64,000 nucleotides of DNA, taken from a virus. Lineage: Duplodnaviria > Caudoviricetes. The notes under the pieces were generated by a model. The model saw nothing but the letters and a program-made list of their open reading frames with translations, was not told where the DNA came from and did not search any database. Location: the IMG/VR virus record IMGVR_UViG_3300028886_000003, positions 81,331-145,330 of that record, one strand, 5' to 3'. This document shows, one piece after another, positions 27,098 to 37,353 of this stretch. The position numbers and the translations under genes are program-made. Each line of letters starts with the position of its first letter. Positions within the stretch are counted from its first letter, which is position 1.

Positions 27098-27182
27098 ATA
27101 ATGATCCATACTCCTGCGACAAGTGTAAACCAACATAATATATTATTTAATACCAATTAAGAATAATGATCCATACTCCTGC
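27098..27182. repeat. 20-bp direct repeat x2 (period 65)
   Basis: ATAATGATCCATACTCCTGC at 27098 and 27163. Confidence 0.8.
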
Positions 27183-27249
27183 AGCAGGTATCTACAATGT
27201 TATATATTTATTTCACAAAAAAAATAATATTATTATGAGTATCTTTGTT

Positions 27250-27570
27250 TTATGCTTCAAAGAACTCTTTATTTACTCTGACATTAGACCATACAATAGC
27301 TTTTCTCATATATTCTTCATCTTTGTTATATCCTTCAGCCATATATTCTTCAACAGAATCAAAGCCTAACATATATGCAAATTCATCAGTCATACAACGA
27401 ATATCATACATAAAAGTATATTCAATAAATACCTCAGCAAAATATGGTTTACTAAAATCATTCATAAATTTATGATCTTTACCAGCAATAATTTTAAAAT
27501 CAGGTTTACGTAAACTTATAAATTTTTGTTTAGAACAAATTGGATCAATATTTTTCTTTTTCATTAACAT
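27250..27570 (-). CDS. hypothetical protein
   Basis: GGAGGT RBS. Confidence 0.55.
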   Translation of the reverse strand: MLMKKKNIDPICSKQKFISLRKPDFKIIAGKDHKFMNDFSKPYFAEVFIEYTFMYDIRCMTDEFAYMLGFDSVEEYMAEGYNKDEEYMRKAIVWSNVRVNKEFFEA

Positions 27571-27599
27571 AATTATACCTCCTTTAAAAATATAATAGG

Positions 27600-28295
27600 T
27601 TATAACATTGCGTCATAACCTATGTGAGCACAACAATCTCGGTACAAGTTTTTGTATTTCTTTATTGTGCTTCTTTTTCCTTGTTTATCTTCTTTTCCTC
27701 CATGTAATGTCCAGTATTCAGTGAAGCCACTAGGATAATTAGGATTGTGCCTTAATTTGGGTTGGTGAATACATACACCTCCCCATATAGTTTGATCCTG
27801 TAGTTCCTTCATTCTTTTTAATTGTTCTTTTTTGTTTATTCCATGCCAATGGTTGATCTCAAGAACAATTGTTGGACCACCAAAATATCCATGACCTTTT
27901 CTTTCAACAATACCTTTTTTATATTCGTAGTTTCTTGCGTATTTTTCTTTGAGGTTGCTTCCATGTTTTTTGATTTGGTTTTCGACAGTTCGATCCCATG
28001 CTCTTTTGAATTTTTCAATATCTCTGTCATGATCTGCATATTTAGTTACATATCTAATGCAGTTGTTTTTACCATTTTGAGGTAATACTCCATGTTTGTT
28101 TGGTTTTACTCCGCATCTTGCGGCAATTTTCATGATCTTTTCATCAGGATAACCACCGTGTGCAATACCTTTTGATCCATTTATCGCATCAAATTCTTTT
28201 TCATTTAAGCTTGGATAAGCTCTTTTACTTGATTGTTCTGCTAAACCACTTATAGCTGCTGCAGCTAAACCTACTCCGATTAAACTTAAAACCAT
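27600..28295 (-). CDS. basic hypothetical protein with N-terminal hydrophobic anchor
   Basis: 231-aa ORF, GGAGGT RBS. Confidence 0.6.
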   Translation of the reverse strand: MVLSLIGVGLAAAAISGLAEQSSKRAYPSLNEKEFDAINGSKGIAHGGYPDEKIMKIAARCGVKPNKHGVLPQNGKNNCIRYVTKYADHDRDIEKFKRAWDRTVENQIKKHGSNLKEKYARNYEYKKGIVERKGHGYFGGPTIVLEINHWHGINKKEQLKRMKELQDQTIWGGVCIHQPKLRHNPNYPSGFTEYWTLHGGKEDKQGKRSTIKKYKNLYRDCCAHIGYDAML

Positions 28296-28301
28296 ATATA
28301 T

Positions 28302-28502
28302 CTACCTCCTAACAACAGAAATGTCATAATTACGCTCTTTTAAAATAATTGAGCCAACACTCCATTCCTGATAATAAATAAATTTACTTTCACCATTTTT
28401 AATTGATCTATCAATGCTTCTAAGTAACTTTATTAATTCTTCATCACTCATATTCTCTAATCTTTTTTGAGTTTCTTGTACACTTTCAACTATTTGCATC
28501 AT
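28302..28502 (-). CDS. hypothetical protein
   Basis: Follows the TATA at ~28540-28552. Confidence 0.5.
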   Translation of the reverse strand: MMQIVESVQETQKRLENMSDEELIKLLRSIDRSIKNGESKFIYYQEWSVGSIILKERNYDISVVRR

Positions 28503-28555
28503 GTTAATCGCCTCCTAATTATAATTTTATTTCAACTACTATATAAAAGTTGTGG

Positions 28556-29566
28556 TTAGTGACCGGGTTGATCAATAGTTTCACCACTTCCTTCACTACA
28601 ATAATCACAAGCTTCACAGTTACAACTACAAAACAAGCGCTCTTCATCTTCCTCGTCACCATCTTCAATGATTTTGAAATAATTACTTCCAGGAATCATT
28701 TCATGAAGGCGTTCATTGGAAGCATTGATCTGAAGATATTGTGGACAACCATCCCAATCTAGATCATATCTAGTTGCATAAATGTAAAACCTACCACTTG
28801 GATCAATGCCATCAGCTAATAATAATTGACTTGCAATATCTACAGATTCAAATACTTTATTTAGCATAGCTTGATCAGGTATTCCACCAGTATCACAGAA
28901 TCTAATACCACGATTACCAGCTTTAATAAAATCAACCATATCAGATGCAATTACTTTGGCTGGAAGATCACGCATTTGAGCTTGTTGCCTCCAAACACGA
29001 ATACAAATGTTATGACCATGTGGCCCTTGCTCCATCTTCCTAGCATAGCAAATGTTTTTACATTGACAACCAAGTGCAATACATTCCCATCCAGTTTCTA
29101 GAGCAACATAACTCCATTTCTTACCAAGTTTTGTATTATTAGTTGGCAATTCAAGATGCTCCCAAGTAGTGGACCCATAAGTTTCTTCAAACTCTTCCAT
29201 CCACATAGGAATCTTCTTCGCCATAGTTGCAACATTTTTGTCTGAAATCTCGCTTGGCTTACCAGTTTCAATTTTATGTGTCAACTTATTAATGTTACGT
29301 TTTTGCGGCCTTGTTAAAATATTATTCTTACAGCTAGTCATTACACGGATCAAATCAGCTGCAGGTTGAAGCCCATCAATTGCATCATTAATAAACATTC
29401 TACGACCATCTTTAAGATTACGACCATAAACATTTACTTTTCTGAAGTAAGGTTTATCAGCTTTATAAATCTTTTGATTAATCCTTTTTTCATCAGGATC
29501 TTCTACATTTCTCATTCTACGGCCAAATTCTTGTCTTTTTTGTAATGTTTTATTCATATATATCAA
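28556..29566 (-). CDS. Gp88-like Cys-rich (radical-SAM-related) phage protein
   Basis: NTKLG...C......C...CYARK, IRF.DTG, FYIYATR, terminal C.CNC.AC.YC. Confidence 0.65.
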   Translation of the reverse strand: MIYMNKTLQKRQEFGRRMRNVEDPDEKRINQKIYKADKPYFRKVNVYGRNLKDGRRMFINDAIDGLQPAADLIRVMTSCKNNILTRPQKRNINKLTHKIETGKPSEISDKNVATMAKKIPMWMEEFEETYGSTTWEHLELPTNNTKLGKKWSYVALETGWECIALGCQCKNICYARKMEQGPHGHNICIRVWRQQAQMRDLPAKVIASDMVDFIKAGNRGIRFCDTGGIPDQAMLNKVFESVDIASQLLLADGIDPSGRFYIYATRYDLDWDGCPQYLQINASNERLHEMIPGSNYFKIIEDGDEEDEERLFCSCNCEACDYCSEGSGETIDQPGH

Positions 29567-29592
29567 CTCCTATTTTAAATATAAAAAAGTGA

Positions 29593-30939
29593 TTAATGAT
29601 AATGTTGTTTAATCACTTTCTCCAAACCTTTTTTGCCTGCCCAGTTTAATAACCAAGCTTTTTCTTCAGGTGTTGGATCTCTATTGTCATAACCTTTTGC
29701 TTGTTGAATACCATCATATTTTATTTCAACAGTTAATACGCTGTCATCAGGATGATCAACCTGTCTCATAAAGAGAATAATAGTTTCACCATCAAGAATT
29801 TTATCGGTATATCTTTCATACAAACAATGACTTAATTGAGTAGCCTCATTAGCAATGTCTTCAATATTTTCGGGCAATCTAATGAAGTAAGCATCTTTCT
29901 TGTATTCTAAATACTTTTTACTTTCTTTAAATTTGTTATATTCATCCATTTTTTCCTCACGATACATTAAACGTTTTAAATCCTCCATTTGGTTGTAATT
30001 GAAATGATGTTTATGATAGTATGACATCCAATTACTTGGATATTTATTCATTTTACTTCTTTTCATATTTTTCATTTCATATTCTCTCTTGAGATAATCA
30101 TCATAATTTCTCATTAGATCTTCAACAGTTACAGCTTCAAATTGAAGTTTTAAAAGATAGTTGCAGAATGCTTTTAAATCTAAGTGCCATTCACTTGCTA
30201 CTTCTAAAACACTTGTACGACCATCTCTGCCATACTCTGAATGTTTAAGATAGTTATAAGTTTGTTTATTTCCTCTATAATCAAATTTAGTAATTGAGAA
30301 CGCATCATTGTATCTTTGATCTTTAACTAATTCATCTAATTTTTTGCCCAATTGATATTGTTGTGGATTCCAATAATTTTGGGTTCGAAACAATGTATCA
30401 CTAGTTATACCATTATTTTTCTTAGAAACATTTCTTAGATATTTTATTTGTTCTTTGTCAAAATCCTTAGGATCATACCCAATATAGGACATTCCCCATC
30501 TTCTTACTTTATCAATATCACTACCATTTTGTATTCTTTCAAGACATTCATTCACCCTTTTGAAATCAATATCATGTGATAACCATTTTTCTAACGTGTC
30601 AACTTGATAAGTTGCAAAATTAGCAATATATCGAACTGGAGATTTGTATTTTAGTTTAAGACCAGCTGCATAAACAAACATCTTTGCAAATTTGTCATTA
30701 TCAGTAACTAAGCTACAACGAGTGAACCAGCTTGTAATTTTTGCAGGATCAACAATTTCAATTTTGTCTTCTCTTGTTTTGTAATGGGTTATCCTCTCAA
30801 ATTCATAACTTGATAAATCATATCTGAACTCTTTACGAGGATCTTCAGGTTTTTTAAGGGTAATATATTTACCTTCTTTGTTCATATAAATTTTATCTGC
30901 GAAAATTCCATTGTCTACTAATATTTTCATGTTAATCAT
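29593..30939 (-). CDS. PcfJ-domain protein
   Basis: C-terminal LP....DI..EA.QLSHCL...Y...I..G...ILFMR....D.S.LTVEI....IQQAKG.DNR. Confidence 0.75.
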   Translation of the reverse strand: MINMKILVDNGIFADKIYMNKEGKYITLKKPEDPRKEFRYDLSSYEFERITHYKTREDKIEIVDPAKITSWFTRCSLVTDNDKFAKMFVYAAGLKLKYKSPVRYIANFATYQVDTLEKWLSHDIDFKRVNECLERIQNGSDIDKVRRWGMSYIGYDPKDFDKEQIKYLRNVSKKNNGITSDTLFRTQNYWNPQQYQLGKKLDELVKDQRYNDAFSITKFDYRGNKQTYNYLKHSEYGRDGRTSVLEVASEWHLDLKAFCNYLLKLQFEAVTVEDLMRNYDDYLKREYEMKNMKRSKMNKYPSNWMSYYHKHHFNYNQMEDLKRLMYREEKMDEYNKFKESKKYLEYKKDAYFIRLPENIEDIANEATQLSHCLYERYTDKILDGETIILFMRQVDHPDDSVLTVEIKYDGIQQAKGYDNRDPTPEEKAWLLNWAGKKGLEKVIKQHYH

Positions 30940-30960
30940 CTCCTATTTTAATATATTTTT

Positions 30961-31800
30961 TTATAAATTAATTTCATTGTCGTAAATTTCTCTTATAATC
31001 TTAGCAATAAGATAACTTGAGAAAAGTGCAGTTTCTTCCCATATTGCATGGTGCAATGGTTTTCTTTTACTTTTACTAAATAATATCCCTCCTGCAATTG
31101 TAAAATCATCTTTATAAATATTGTAGAATTCATTAACTTCATGCTCTAATAATGAACATACATCATCACCAAATTCTCCAAATTCATTTTTAATATATTT
31201 TTCTAATGTTGGTTTATCAAATTCTTTTATAAAAGAATCTTCAACATCTGGATGAGTTGATACCCATTCAATTGCTTCATTTTTAAGATAATTCCAGCTC
31301 ATAATATACAGTGTTGGAATATCTTGTGTATTTAACCAACATATAATTGGATTATATGATATATCAGAACAATAATCCTCTATTTTGATGCATATATCAT
31401 AATAACTATATTCTGCCATTACATCTGATATCTCCTCCATATTAATAATTTTATAATCAAATTGGCCAACAATTCCATTCTCAATTTCCTTGTACCAATC
31501 TAAAAATCTAATTACATCTTTTCTTTTTCTTATATTTTGCATAATATGTGAACTAAGAGGTTCAGGATCATATTTTTCTGTCATTTGATCAATATAATAA
31601 GCAAATGCATCTAATGGAGTTCCACCTTCTTTTTCATAATCATATTTCTTAATTCCATATTCTTTTAAATTTTCTTCAATTACTTGAACTATTTTTTCTT
31701 CTATTTCATTGCATTCATCTATTTCATATTCTTTATGGTTGTAATTACATTCTTCAAACAATTTTAAATACATTTTGGTTGTCATTTTCATATTAATCAT
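30961..31800 (-). CDS. hypothetical protein
   Basis: 279-aa acidic ORF, GGAGATGA RBS. Confidence 0.6.
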   Translation of the reverse strand: MINMKMTTKMYLKLFEECNYNHKEYEIDECNEIEEKIVQVIEENLKEYGIKKYDYEKEGGTPLDAFAYYIDQMTEKYDPEPLSSHIMQNIRKRKDVIRFLDWYKEIENGIVGQFDYKIINMEEISDVMAEYSYYDICIKIEDYCSDISYNPIICWLNTQDIPTLYIMSWNYLKNEAIEWVSTHPDVEDSFIKEFDKPTLEKYIKNEFGEFGDDVCSLLEHEVNEFYNIYKDDFTIAGGILFSKSKRKPLHHAIWEETALFSSYLIAKIIREIYDNEINL

Positions 31801-31824
31801 CTCCTATTTATATAGAGAGCTATT

Positions 31825-32088
31825 TTATAGCCCTCTATTAATTTCTTTAAAAGTAATTTCATATTCATCACAAGTATATTCATGTGAAAAAGTAATACCA
31901 AGAGGTAATACTTTATCAATTTCAGCAAGAATATATTCAATATGTTCTTCATCTGTATCTATCTGACAAACAACATTGAAATTGTGATCATTAATAAATC
32001 TCCAATCAATTGCATTTTTCTCAACTATATTTTCAATTGCTCTTATTGTTTCTAATAACATATTATCTCCTCCTTTAAAATACAACAA
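31825..32088 (-). CDS. hypothetical protein
   Basis: ORF track; likely start MLLETI. Confidence 0.5.
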   Translation of the reverse strand: MLYFKGGDNMLLETIRAIENIVEKNAIDWRFINDHNFNVVCQIDTDEEHIEYILAEIDKVLPLGITFSHEYTCDEYEITFKEINRGL

Positions 32089-32374
32089 TTTTCTTTATAT
32101 CTTTTAATTCATATTCTATCTGTGGATATTCTCTTCTTATCAGAATTAACTTATCAAATTCTTCTATCAATCTCTCACATAAATGCCCTATGTGATTATC
32201 ATCGACAAATTCAATATATACACCCATATTAGGTTGCATAATTTCAAAACTGTCTTCACCACAGTCAGGTGTATATTTAACTTTCCTAATTGGAAATTTA
32301 CTTTTCATTTGTACATTGTACTCTGGATCTTTGTTCAAAGTTGCTCTATTTTCATTAATTAAATCTAAAATCAT
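32075..32374 (-). CDS. hypothetical protein
   Basis: GAGGTGA RBS. Confidence 0.55.
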   Translation of the reverse strand: MILDLINENRATLNKDPEYNVQMKSKFPIRKVKYTPDCGEDSFEIMQPNMGVYIEFVDDNHIGHLCERLIEEFDKLILIRREYPQIEYELKDIKKIVVF

Positions 32375-32384
32375 TTAAATCACC

Positions 32385-32627
32385 TCATAATCCCATATTC
32401 ATTTTAGCGGCAAATCTACCATTTCCATCAGTAATAATTTCAATATCACCAGGGCACATGCCACCCATAGCTTTAACCATTTTTAATGATTCAGCTAATT
32501 TATTCAAAAATTCTTCTTGTGTGGTGTTATCATCATAACAGAAAGCACCACCCATAACAACATCAATAGATGCTGTTTTAATTACTACAATTTCTCTTCT
32601 TTCGATTTTAGTTATTAATTCATTCAT
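32385..32627 (-). CDS. hypothetical protein
   Basis: GAGGTGA RBS. Confidence 0.55.
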   Translation of the reverse strand: MNELITKIERREIVVIKTASIDVVMGGAFCYDDNTTQEEFLNKLAESLKMVKAMGGMCPGDIEIITDGNGRFAAKMNMGL

Positions 32628-32662
32628 TTAAATCACCTCAAATATATATTTTTAAGAGGGGG

Positions 32663-33472
32663 TTAATAAACCCTCTCATAATTATGACGACCTGTGATTA
32701 ATTCAAGTTCATCAGGTCCAATACGCTCAACAAATACAAAATTACCTTCTAATACTTCAATTATTCTATATGAAGTATATGGATTTAAGAAATAATCATA
32801 ATCTCTCACCTCTTGGTTAGTCCAAATACTATTTGTAATTCCTAATCTTTTTAATTGATTAAGTTTTTTGTCTGATTGCATAAGAATACCATAACTGTAT
32901 CCATTTTCATCAGATACAAGATGAACAGTTCCTTTGTCACCTGGTTCACGATGGGATTCTTTTACTCTTTCTCCATCTACAATTTTACCTCTCCATTTTC
33001 TTTCAAGATGGCATATTTCACCAACATGTGGTTTTACACCATCTTTATGTGCTAATTGATGTCTTAATCCACCAATAATTAGATCAGCATTTTTTGCTTT
33101 ATCTGATATAATGGATTTATTAGCACTTATAGTTAAATCTCTAATTTGTTCGTTTTTCATTTTTTCTATACAGAATGAGTATTCATTCATATCAATCACC
33201 TCAGCATATATATATTTGTTATACTTTTTATGAAGAACAACTTTACATTGTTCAACATTTGATATTCTACTAAGTAGTTCAGTATTATTGACTACTTTTT
33301 TGCCACCAGCTCTACTAACATAACCAATATGGTTATTATTTGAAAGAACCATAATTGCATTAGTGTCATAGCTGTTTGTAGGTTCTCTAACTAGTGAGAG
33401 AACACTATTTTCATCAACATTGTCAAATGCTTCTTTGTGGTGATTTCCACCACTTACTCTTATTCTTAACAT
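32663..33472 (-). CDS. HIRAN-domain protein (tandem HIRAN-like)
   Basis: LSLVREPTNSYDTNAIMV...HIGYV. Confidence 0.75.
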   Translation of the reverse strand: MLRIRVSGGNHHKEAFDNVDENSVLSLVREPTNSYDTNAIMVLSNNNHIGYVSRAGGKKVVNNTELLSRISNVEQCKVVLHKKYNKYIYAEVIDMNEYSFCIEKMKNEQIRDLTISANKSIISDKAKNADLIIGGLRHQLAHKDGVKPHVGEICHLERKWRGKIVDGERVKESHREPGDKGTVHLVSDENGYSYGILMQSDKKLNQLKRLGITNSIWTNQEVRDYDYFLNPYTSYRIIEVLEGNFVFVERIGPDELELITGRHNYERVY

Positions 33473-33505
33473 AATATCACCTCATAAAAATAATAAAAGA
33501 GAGAA

Positions 33506-34162
33506 TTACTCTCTTTTTAAAACAAATCTGTGAGTTGCCTCATCTACAATTTTCCTCCATTCTTTTCCACTAATTTCGAACTTATAATCCCAAATAGTGG
33601 TATTATAACCATTTTCATCTTCTCTTTTATTGACAACTGCAGTAAGCAACTCTACATTACTTAAACATTCAATAACCTCATCGAAGTTATCATGGAAAAG
33701 AATATCATTGACAAAATCTTCATGAACATCAGGAGATAAAAACAAATCAATATTATCTAAAAGATATTGTCTAATATCTTGACTTGTCTTTTCTTCAAAC
33801 CATATTTCAAGACCTTGATCGAAATTCCAATTTCTTGAAATATCTGATGTAAAATGTTGTCTAATGCTTTCTTCATCAATTTCTTTTAATTCTTTATATG
33901 TTGTATTGTTCATATTACCATCTCCTAAGAAAAATTTGTTCATTTCTGGCCACAAAGTATATAAATCATACCAAGGGTCCATTGCTGCTTGCTTTTCATC
34001 ATATAATTCATATTTCTTAGCAAGCTCTTCTAATTCTACATATTTTTCGTTGTAAACATCAATTACTTCTTGTGGTCCACAACTTAAATCTTCTTCATCA
34101 CAAATTTGTATAAAACCTATTGTTTTGAAAAATTTAATTGCATCTTCTTTCATTTTAATCAC
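33506..34162 (-). CDS. hypothetical protein
   Basis: GAGGTGA RBS. Confidence 0.6.
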   Translation of the reverse strand: MIKMKEDAIKFFKTIGFIQICDEEDLSCGPQEVIDVYNEKYVELEELAKKYELYDEKQAAMDPWYDLYTLWPEMNKFFLGDGNMNNTTYKELKEIDEESIRQHFTSDISRNWNFDQGLEIWFEEKTSQDIRQYLLDNIDLFLSPDVHEDFVNDILFHDNFDEVIECLSNVELLTAVVNKREDENGYNTTIWDYKFEISGKEWRKIVDEATHRFVLKRE

Positions 34163-34321
34163 CTCAAATATTGATGCAGAGGTTATTCTACCTCTACATC
34201 TTTACAGTCAACACACATTTCACCATATGAACCACAATTGTGGCTATCATGGTTTCTACATTCTTTTCCATCGAAATGGATACACTTTTTGTATTCGTCT
34301 TCATATATCATTTAAAACACC

Positions 34322-34522
34322 TCATAATTCAATTATAATCATCTTTCTACCTACAATTTCTTTTTCTTCTGATGTAAGTTCATCAAATATCTCAGCCAAG
34401 TAATATTCAGTTACTTTTCTGATATATTTTATAGATTGTTCATCTACAATTACATCATTCAAAAATTCTTCATGATATCTTGTTGGTATTATTTCTAAAT
34501 ATTCTTCTATTTCTTTGCCCAT
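34322..34522 (-). CDS. hypothetical protein
   Basis: GAGGTGA RBS. Confidence 0.5.
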   Translation of the reverse strand: MGKEIEEYLEIIPTRYHEEFLNDVIVDEQSIKYIRKVTEYYLAEIFDELTSEEKEIVGRKMIIIEL

Positions 34523-34547
34523 ATAATCACCTCAATTTGTTTAAAAA

Positions 34548-34580
34548 TAAGCAGTTGTTAAGGGAGGGTACTCAGCTCCC
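34548..34580 (-). promoter_or_regulatory. cis-acting H-type pseudoknot motif, copy B
   Basis: GGGAG-CTGAGTACC-CTCCC-TTAACAAC-TGCTTA. Confidence 0.6.
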
Positions 34581-34594
34581 AAGATTTAACAGTT

Positions 34595-34795
34595 TTATTC
34601 CCAAAACATATTATCAAGAATGTCAGATTTGGGAAGTGCATCAATAGAACTTGCATACTGGCCAAATTTCATACATTTTACCGCAGGAATAAATCTCCTA
34701 CTTTCTGAAAGTCCATGTTGTTTTATTACAACAATGCTTTCATCTTCGATTAACATTTCACATTCCATACAATTGTTACAACAGTTTCTTTTCAT
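34595..34795 (-). CDS. Cys-rich hypothetical protein
   Basis: GAGGTGA RBS. Confidence 0.5.
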   Translation of the reverse strand: MKRNCCNNCMECEMLIEDESIVVIKQHGLSESRRFIPAVKCMKFGQYASSIDALPKSDILDNMFWE

Positions 34796-34805
34796 TTAAA
34801 TCACC

Positions 34806-35048
34806 TCATTCTTCTAAAATAATTTTTCTATTACTAAATACAATACTTTTAATATTATTAAAAGTAGTATCTCTACATCTAACAACATCTTCAATACCAT
34901 ATTTTTGATAAGATACAGCATTGATGATGTGATGCATTGCTACTTGATCACATTCTTCATATAGCCAAAGCATTTGAGCTTTTTTAGCTAAAGAAAGAAG
35001 AGATAAAGGAGGCAATTCCTTTAAATCTTCAAAATTTATTTCAATCAT
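34806..35048 (-). CDS. hypothetical protein
   Basis: GAGGTGA RBS. Confidence 0.5.
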   Translation of the reverse strand: MIEINFEDLKELPPLSLLSLAKKAQMLWLYEECDQVAMHHIINAVSYQKYGIEDVVRCRDTTFNNIKSIVFSNRKIILEE

Positions 35049-35057
35049 ATTATCACC

Positions 35058-35366
35058 TCAGTATTTGTAATCCCAAGTGTAGGAATCTATGTAGACATCC
35101 AATTCCTCTTGAATATCCCATATTTTTTGTTGAACTAGCTCATTAATCTTACGATCAATTTCTTCTAGTTCTTTAATGCCACATTCTCTTAATTGTCTTT
35201 GAAGAGTATTAACCCTCATATCAGGGTCAAGTTCTACACTATCCATAAAATCTTGCAATGACTCTCCCTCAAAGGCTAAACCTCCAACTAAAGGGTCATC
35301 ATCATCTTCTAACAATATTTCTTTTCTTTGTGCTATTGTTGGGTAAATATCTTCTATTTTTACCAT
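35058..35366 (-). CDS. hypothetical protein
   Basis: GAGGTGA RBS. Confidence 0.55.
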   Translation of the reverse strand: MVKIEDIYPTIAQRKEILLEDDDDPLVGGLAFEGESLQDFMDSVELDPDMRVNTLQRQLRECGIKELEEIDRKINELVQQKIWDIQEELDVYIDSYTWDYKY

Positions 35367-35394
35367 TTAAATCACCTCTATTAAGAAGAAGAGT

Positions 35395-35754
35395 TTATAA
35401 ATACTCTTCTTCAATTATATTCCAAATTTTATATGCTCTATCAGGTATAGGCCCAGTTACATGTCCTAATCTATCACATATGGTTTCCATACATAAATGA
35501 TAGAAATCTTCATCATTGGCATTTTCAAAATCCTGATAAACTTCCTCAGCAATTATGCCATTTTCATTGAATTCACTTGTATTAATAATTACTGCGATCT
35601 CTTCTTCGTTGGTATTAAATACAGTATCAAAACCAATTTCTTCAGCTTTGCAACGGTGAGTTTCTTTTACAAAAACTTCACCATTTTCATTGTTTTCATA
35701 CACATTTACTGCTCCAAGAACAGTACCTTTTTCATTTACTATTTTTAAAATCAT
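35395..35754 (-). CDS. hypothetical protein
   Basis: True start MILKIV after GAGGTAG RBS. Confidence 0.55.
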   Translation of the reverse strand: MILKIVNEKGTVLGAVNVYENNENGEVFVKETHRCKAEEIGFDTVFNTNEEEIAVIINTSEFNENGIIAEEVYQDFENANDEDFYHLCMETICDRLGHVTGPIPDRAYKIWNIIEEEYL

Positions 35755-35775
35755 ATTATCTACCTCATTAAATAT

Positions 35776-35803
35776 TGAATAGTTTAAGGACATATTCAGG
35801 TCC
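35776..35803 (-). promoter_or_regulatory. cis-acting H-type pseudoknot motif, copy C
   Basis: GGAC-CTGAATAT-GTCC-TTAAAC-TATTCA. Confidence 0.6.
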
Positions 35804-36023
35804 AAAGGAGTTTATCTCCAAAATATATCATCTCTCCAATCATCGTCATTATATTTATTAAGACAATGATTTCTCCTATATTTTCTTTGTTCTTCACTTA
35901 TGGGATCACACCATAAGGATTCCAATAATGATGTAATGCTTTTAATCATTATCATCATCCTCACATTGTTTACAATATTCGCAATCACAGAGGCAACTTT
36001 CTGCCTCTGCTATAATCCAAGTT

Positions 36024-36416
36024 TTATTCATTTTCATCACCTCTTAATTCTTCTATTTCTATACCTTCATTTTTAAAAATTTCGATATAAACTTCTTTTT
36101 TTTCTTTACTATGTGGTTCACAATTATTTAATATAATTGGCATTACTGGATCAATAACATCTTTCCACATTTTTCTACAATGAAAACGTAGCATTCTTTC
36201 TTGTATTTTTTGAATATCATCAACATATCTTATAATATCGTAAATTTCTCTTAGTACTAATATTTCTGCTACTGTTTCTGCTTCACATTCCCAGAACCAA
36301 TTATATAATATTTCAATTATATCAAAACCATCTATGGAATCCATATCTAAATCATACATACTAAAATGGTCTTTTATACTTCTTATAACTGGGTGGTAAC
36401 CATATTTAAATCTCAT
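36024..36416 (-). CDS. hypothetical protein
   Basis: GGAGGA RBS. Confidence 0.55.
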   Translation of the reverse strand: MRFKYGYHPVIRSIKDHFSMYDLDMDSIDGFDIIEILYNWFWECEAETVAEILVLREIYDIIRYVDDIQKIQERMLRFHCRKMWKDVIDPVMPIILNNCEPHSKEKKEVYIEIFKNEGIEIEELRGDENE

Positions 36417-36767
36417 ATTCTATTCCTCCAATATTTAGAAGTGGAATTATATTTCCACTCCATCTACATCTTTATTATATTTACATATAACAAAGTTTTG
36501 AAAATCAACAGCACAAGTACATTTGTGGCATAAATTATGCCTAATTTCTTCGTTTGCATTATGGCAAACATTATAATAATTTTTTTTCATAATATCATCT
36601 CATAATAGTTGGGATTATAAAATAACCCCAACTTTTTCAAGATCTTTAACACCTTTTTTATTAAAATCTTTTTGTTCGACAGTCTGAGTACCTTTTTTGT
36701 TAGCAGCATTTAAATGTGCTAACATGTTTCTACTAAATTTTTTCATTTGAAACACCTCTATTTAATT

Positions 36768-36795
36768 TAAGCAGTTTAATGACATACTTAGGTCA
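36768..36795 (-). promoter_or_regulatory. cis-acting H-type pseudoknot motif, copy A
   Basis: TGAC-CTAAGTAT-GTCA-TTAAAC-TGCTTA. Confidence 0.6.
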
Positions 36796-37134
36796 TAAAA
36801 TCAACTATTCACATACTCTGATTTGGGTATAAATCCCATCAGAGTAGTTCTCAACCCCATTATATATTGGGGTCCACCCATCCCTCACAAGGGCATCCAA
36901 ATCGCCCTGTGAGTAATCATGAACTCCACTACCAATGATTTTATCATTGATAATGGCAATTTGCCTACAATTCATACTTTTGCCTCCTTGTTAATTCTGT
37001 ATTCTTCTTTATTGAATACAGAAAAGTTTCTGCAAGCTTCTTCTAATACATCAACAGATGTATTATGTTTAACACATCTTCCACAGTAAAAATGACTGCA
37101 TTTACCATGGATATAGTCATTTCTTCTCATATAA

Positions 37135-37353
37135 TCACCATCCATCAAGAGTATTTTTGTTTTCTTTTTTTGTTAATATTGCTCTTAATTTGTAAAAAGA
37201 CTGTGGTAGGAAGAACCTACCATATACATAGATTGATACATTAGAATCAGAGTATTCATACTCTTCTTCTATTGCATCTAGCCTAGAGCAGAGTTTTTTT
37301 GCCTCTACCCTAGCTTGTGCATTTTTTTTGAGTATCTTATTTTCTCTATTCAT
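37135..37353 (-). CDS. hypothetical protein
   Basis: AGGTGA RBS. Confidence 0.5.
   Translation of the reverse strand: MNRENKILKKNAQARVEAKKLCSRLDAIEEEYEYSDSNVSIYVYGRFFLPQSFYKLRAILTKKENKNTLDGW

Noticed and set aside
25631-27182. Possible CRISPR mini-array
   Set aside because: Repeats are promoter-like with irregular spacing, or only two copies; no constant repeat-spacer period and no cas genes.
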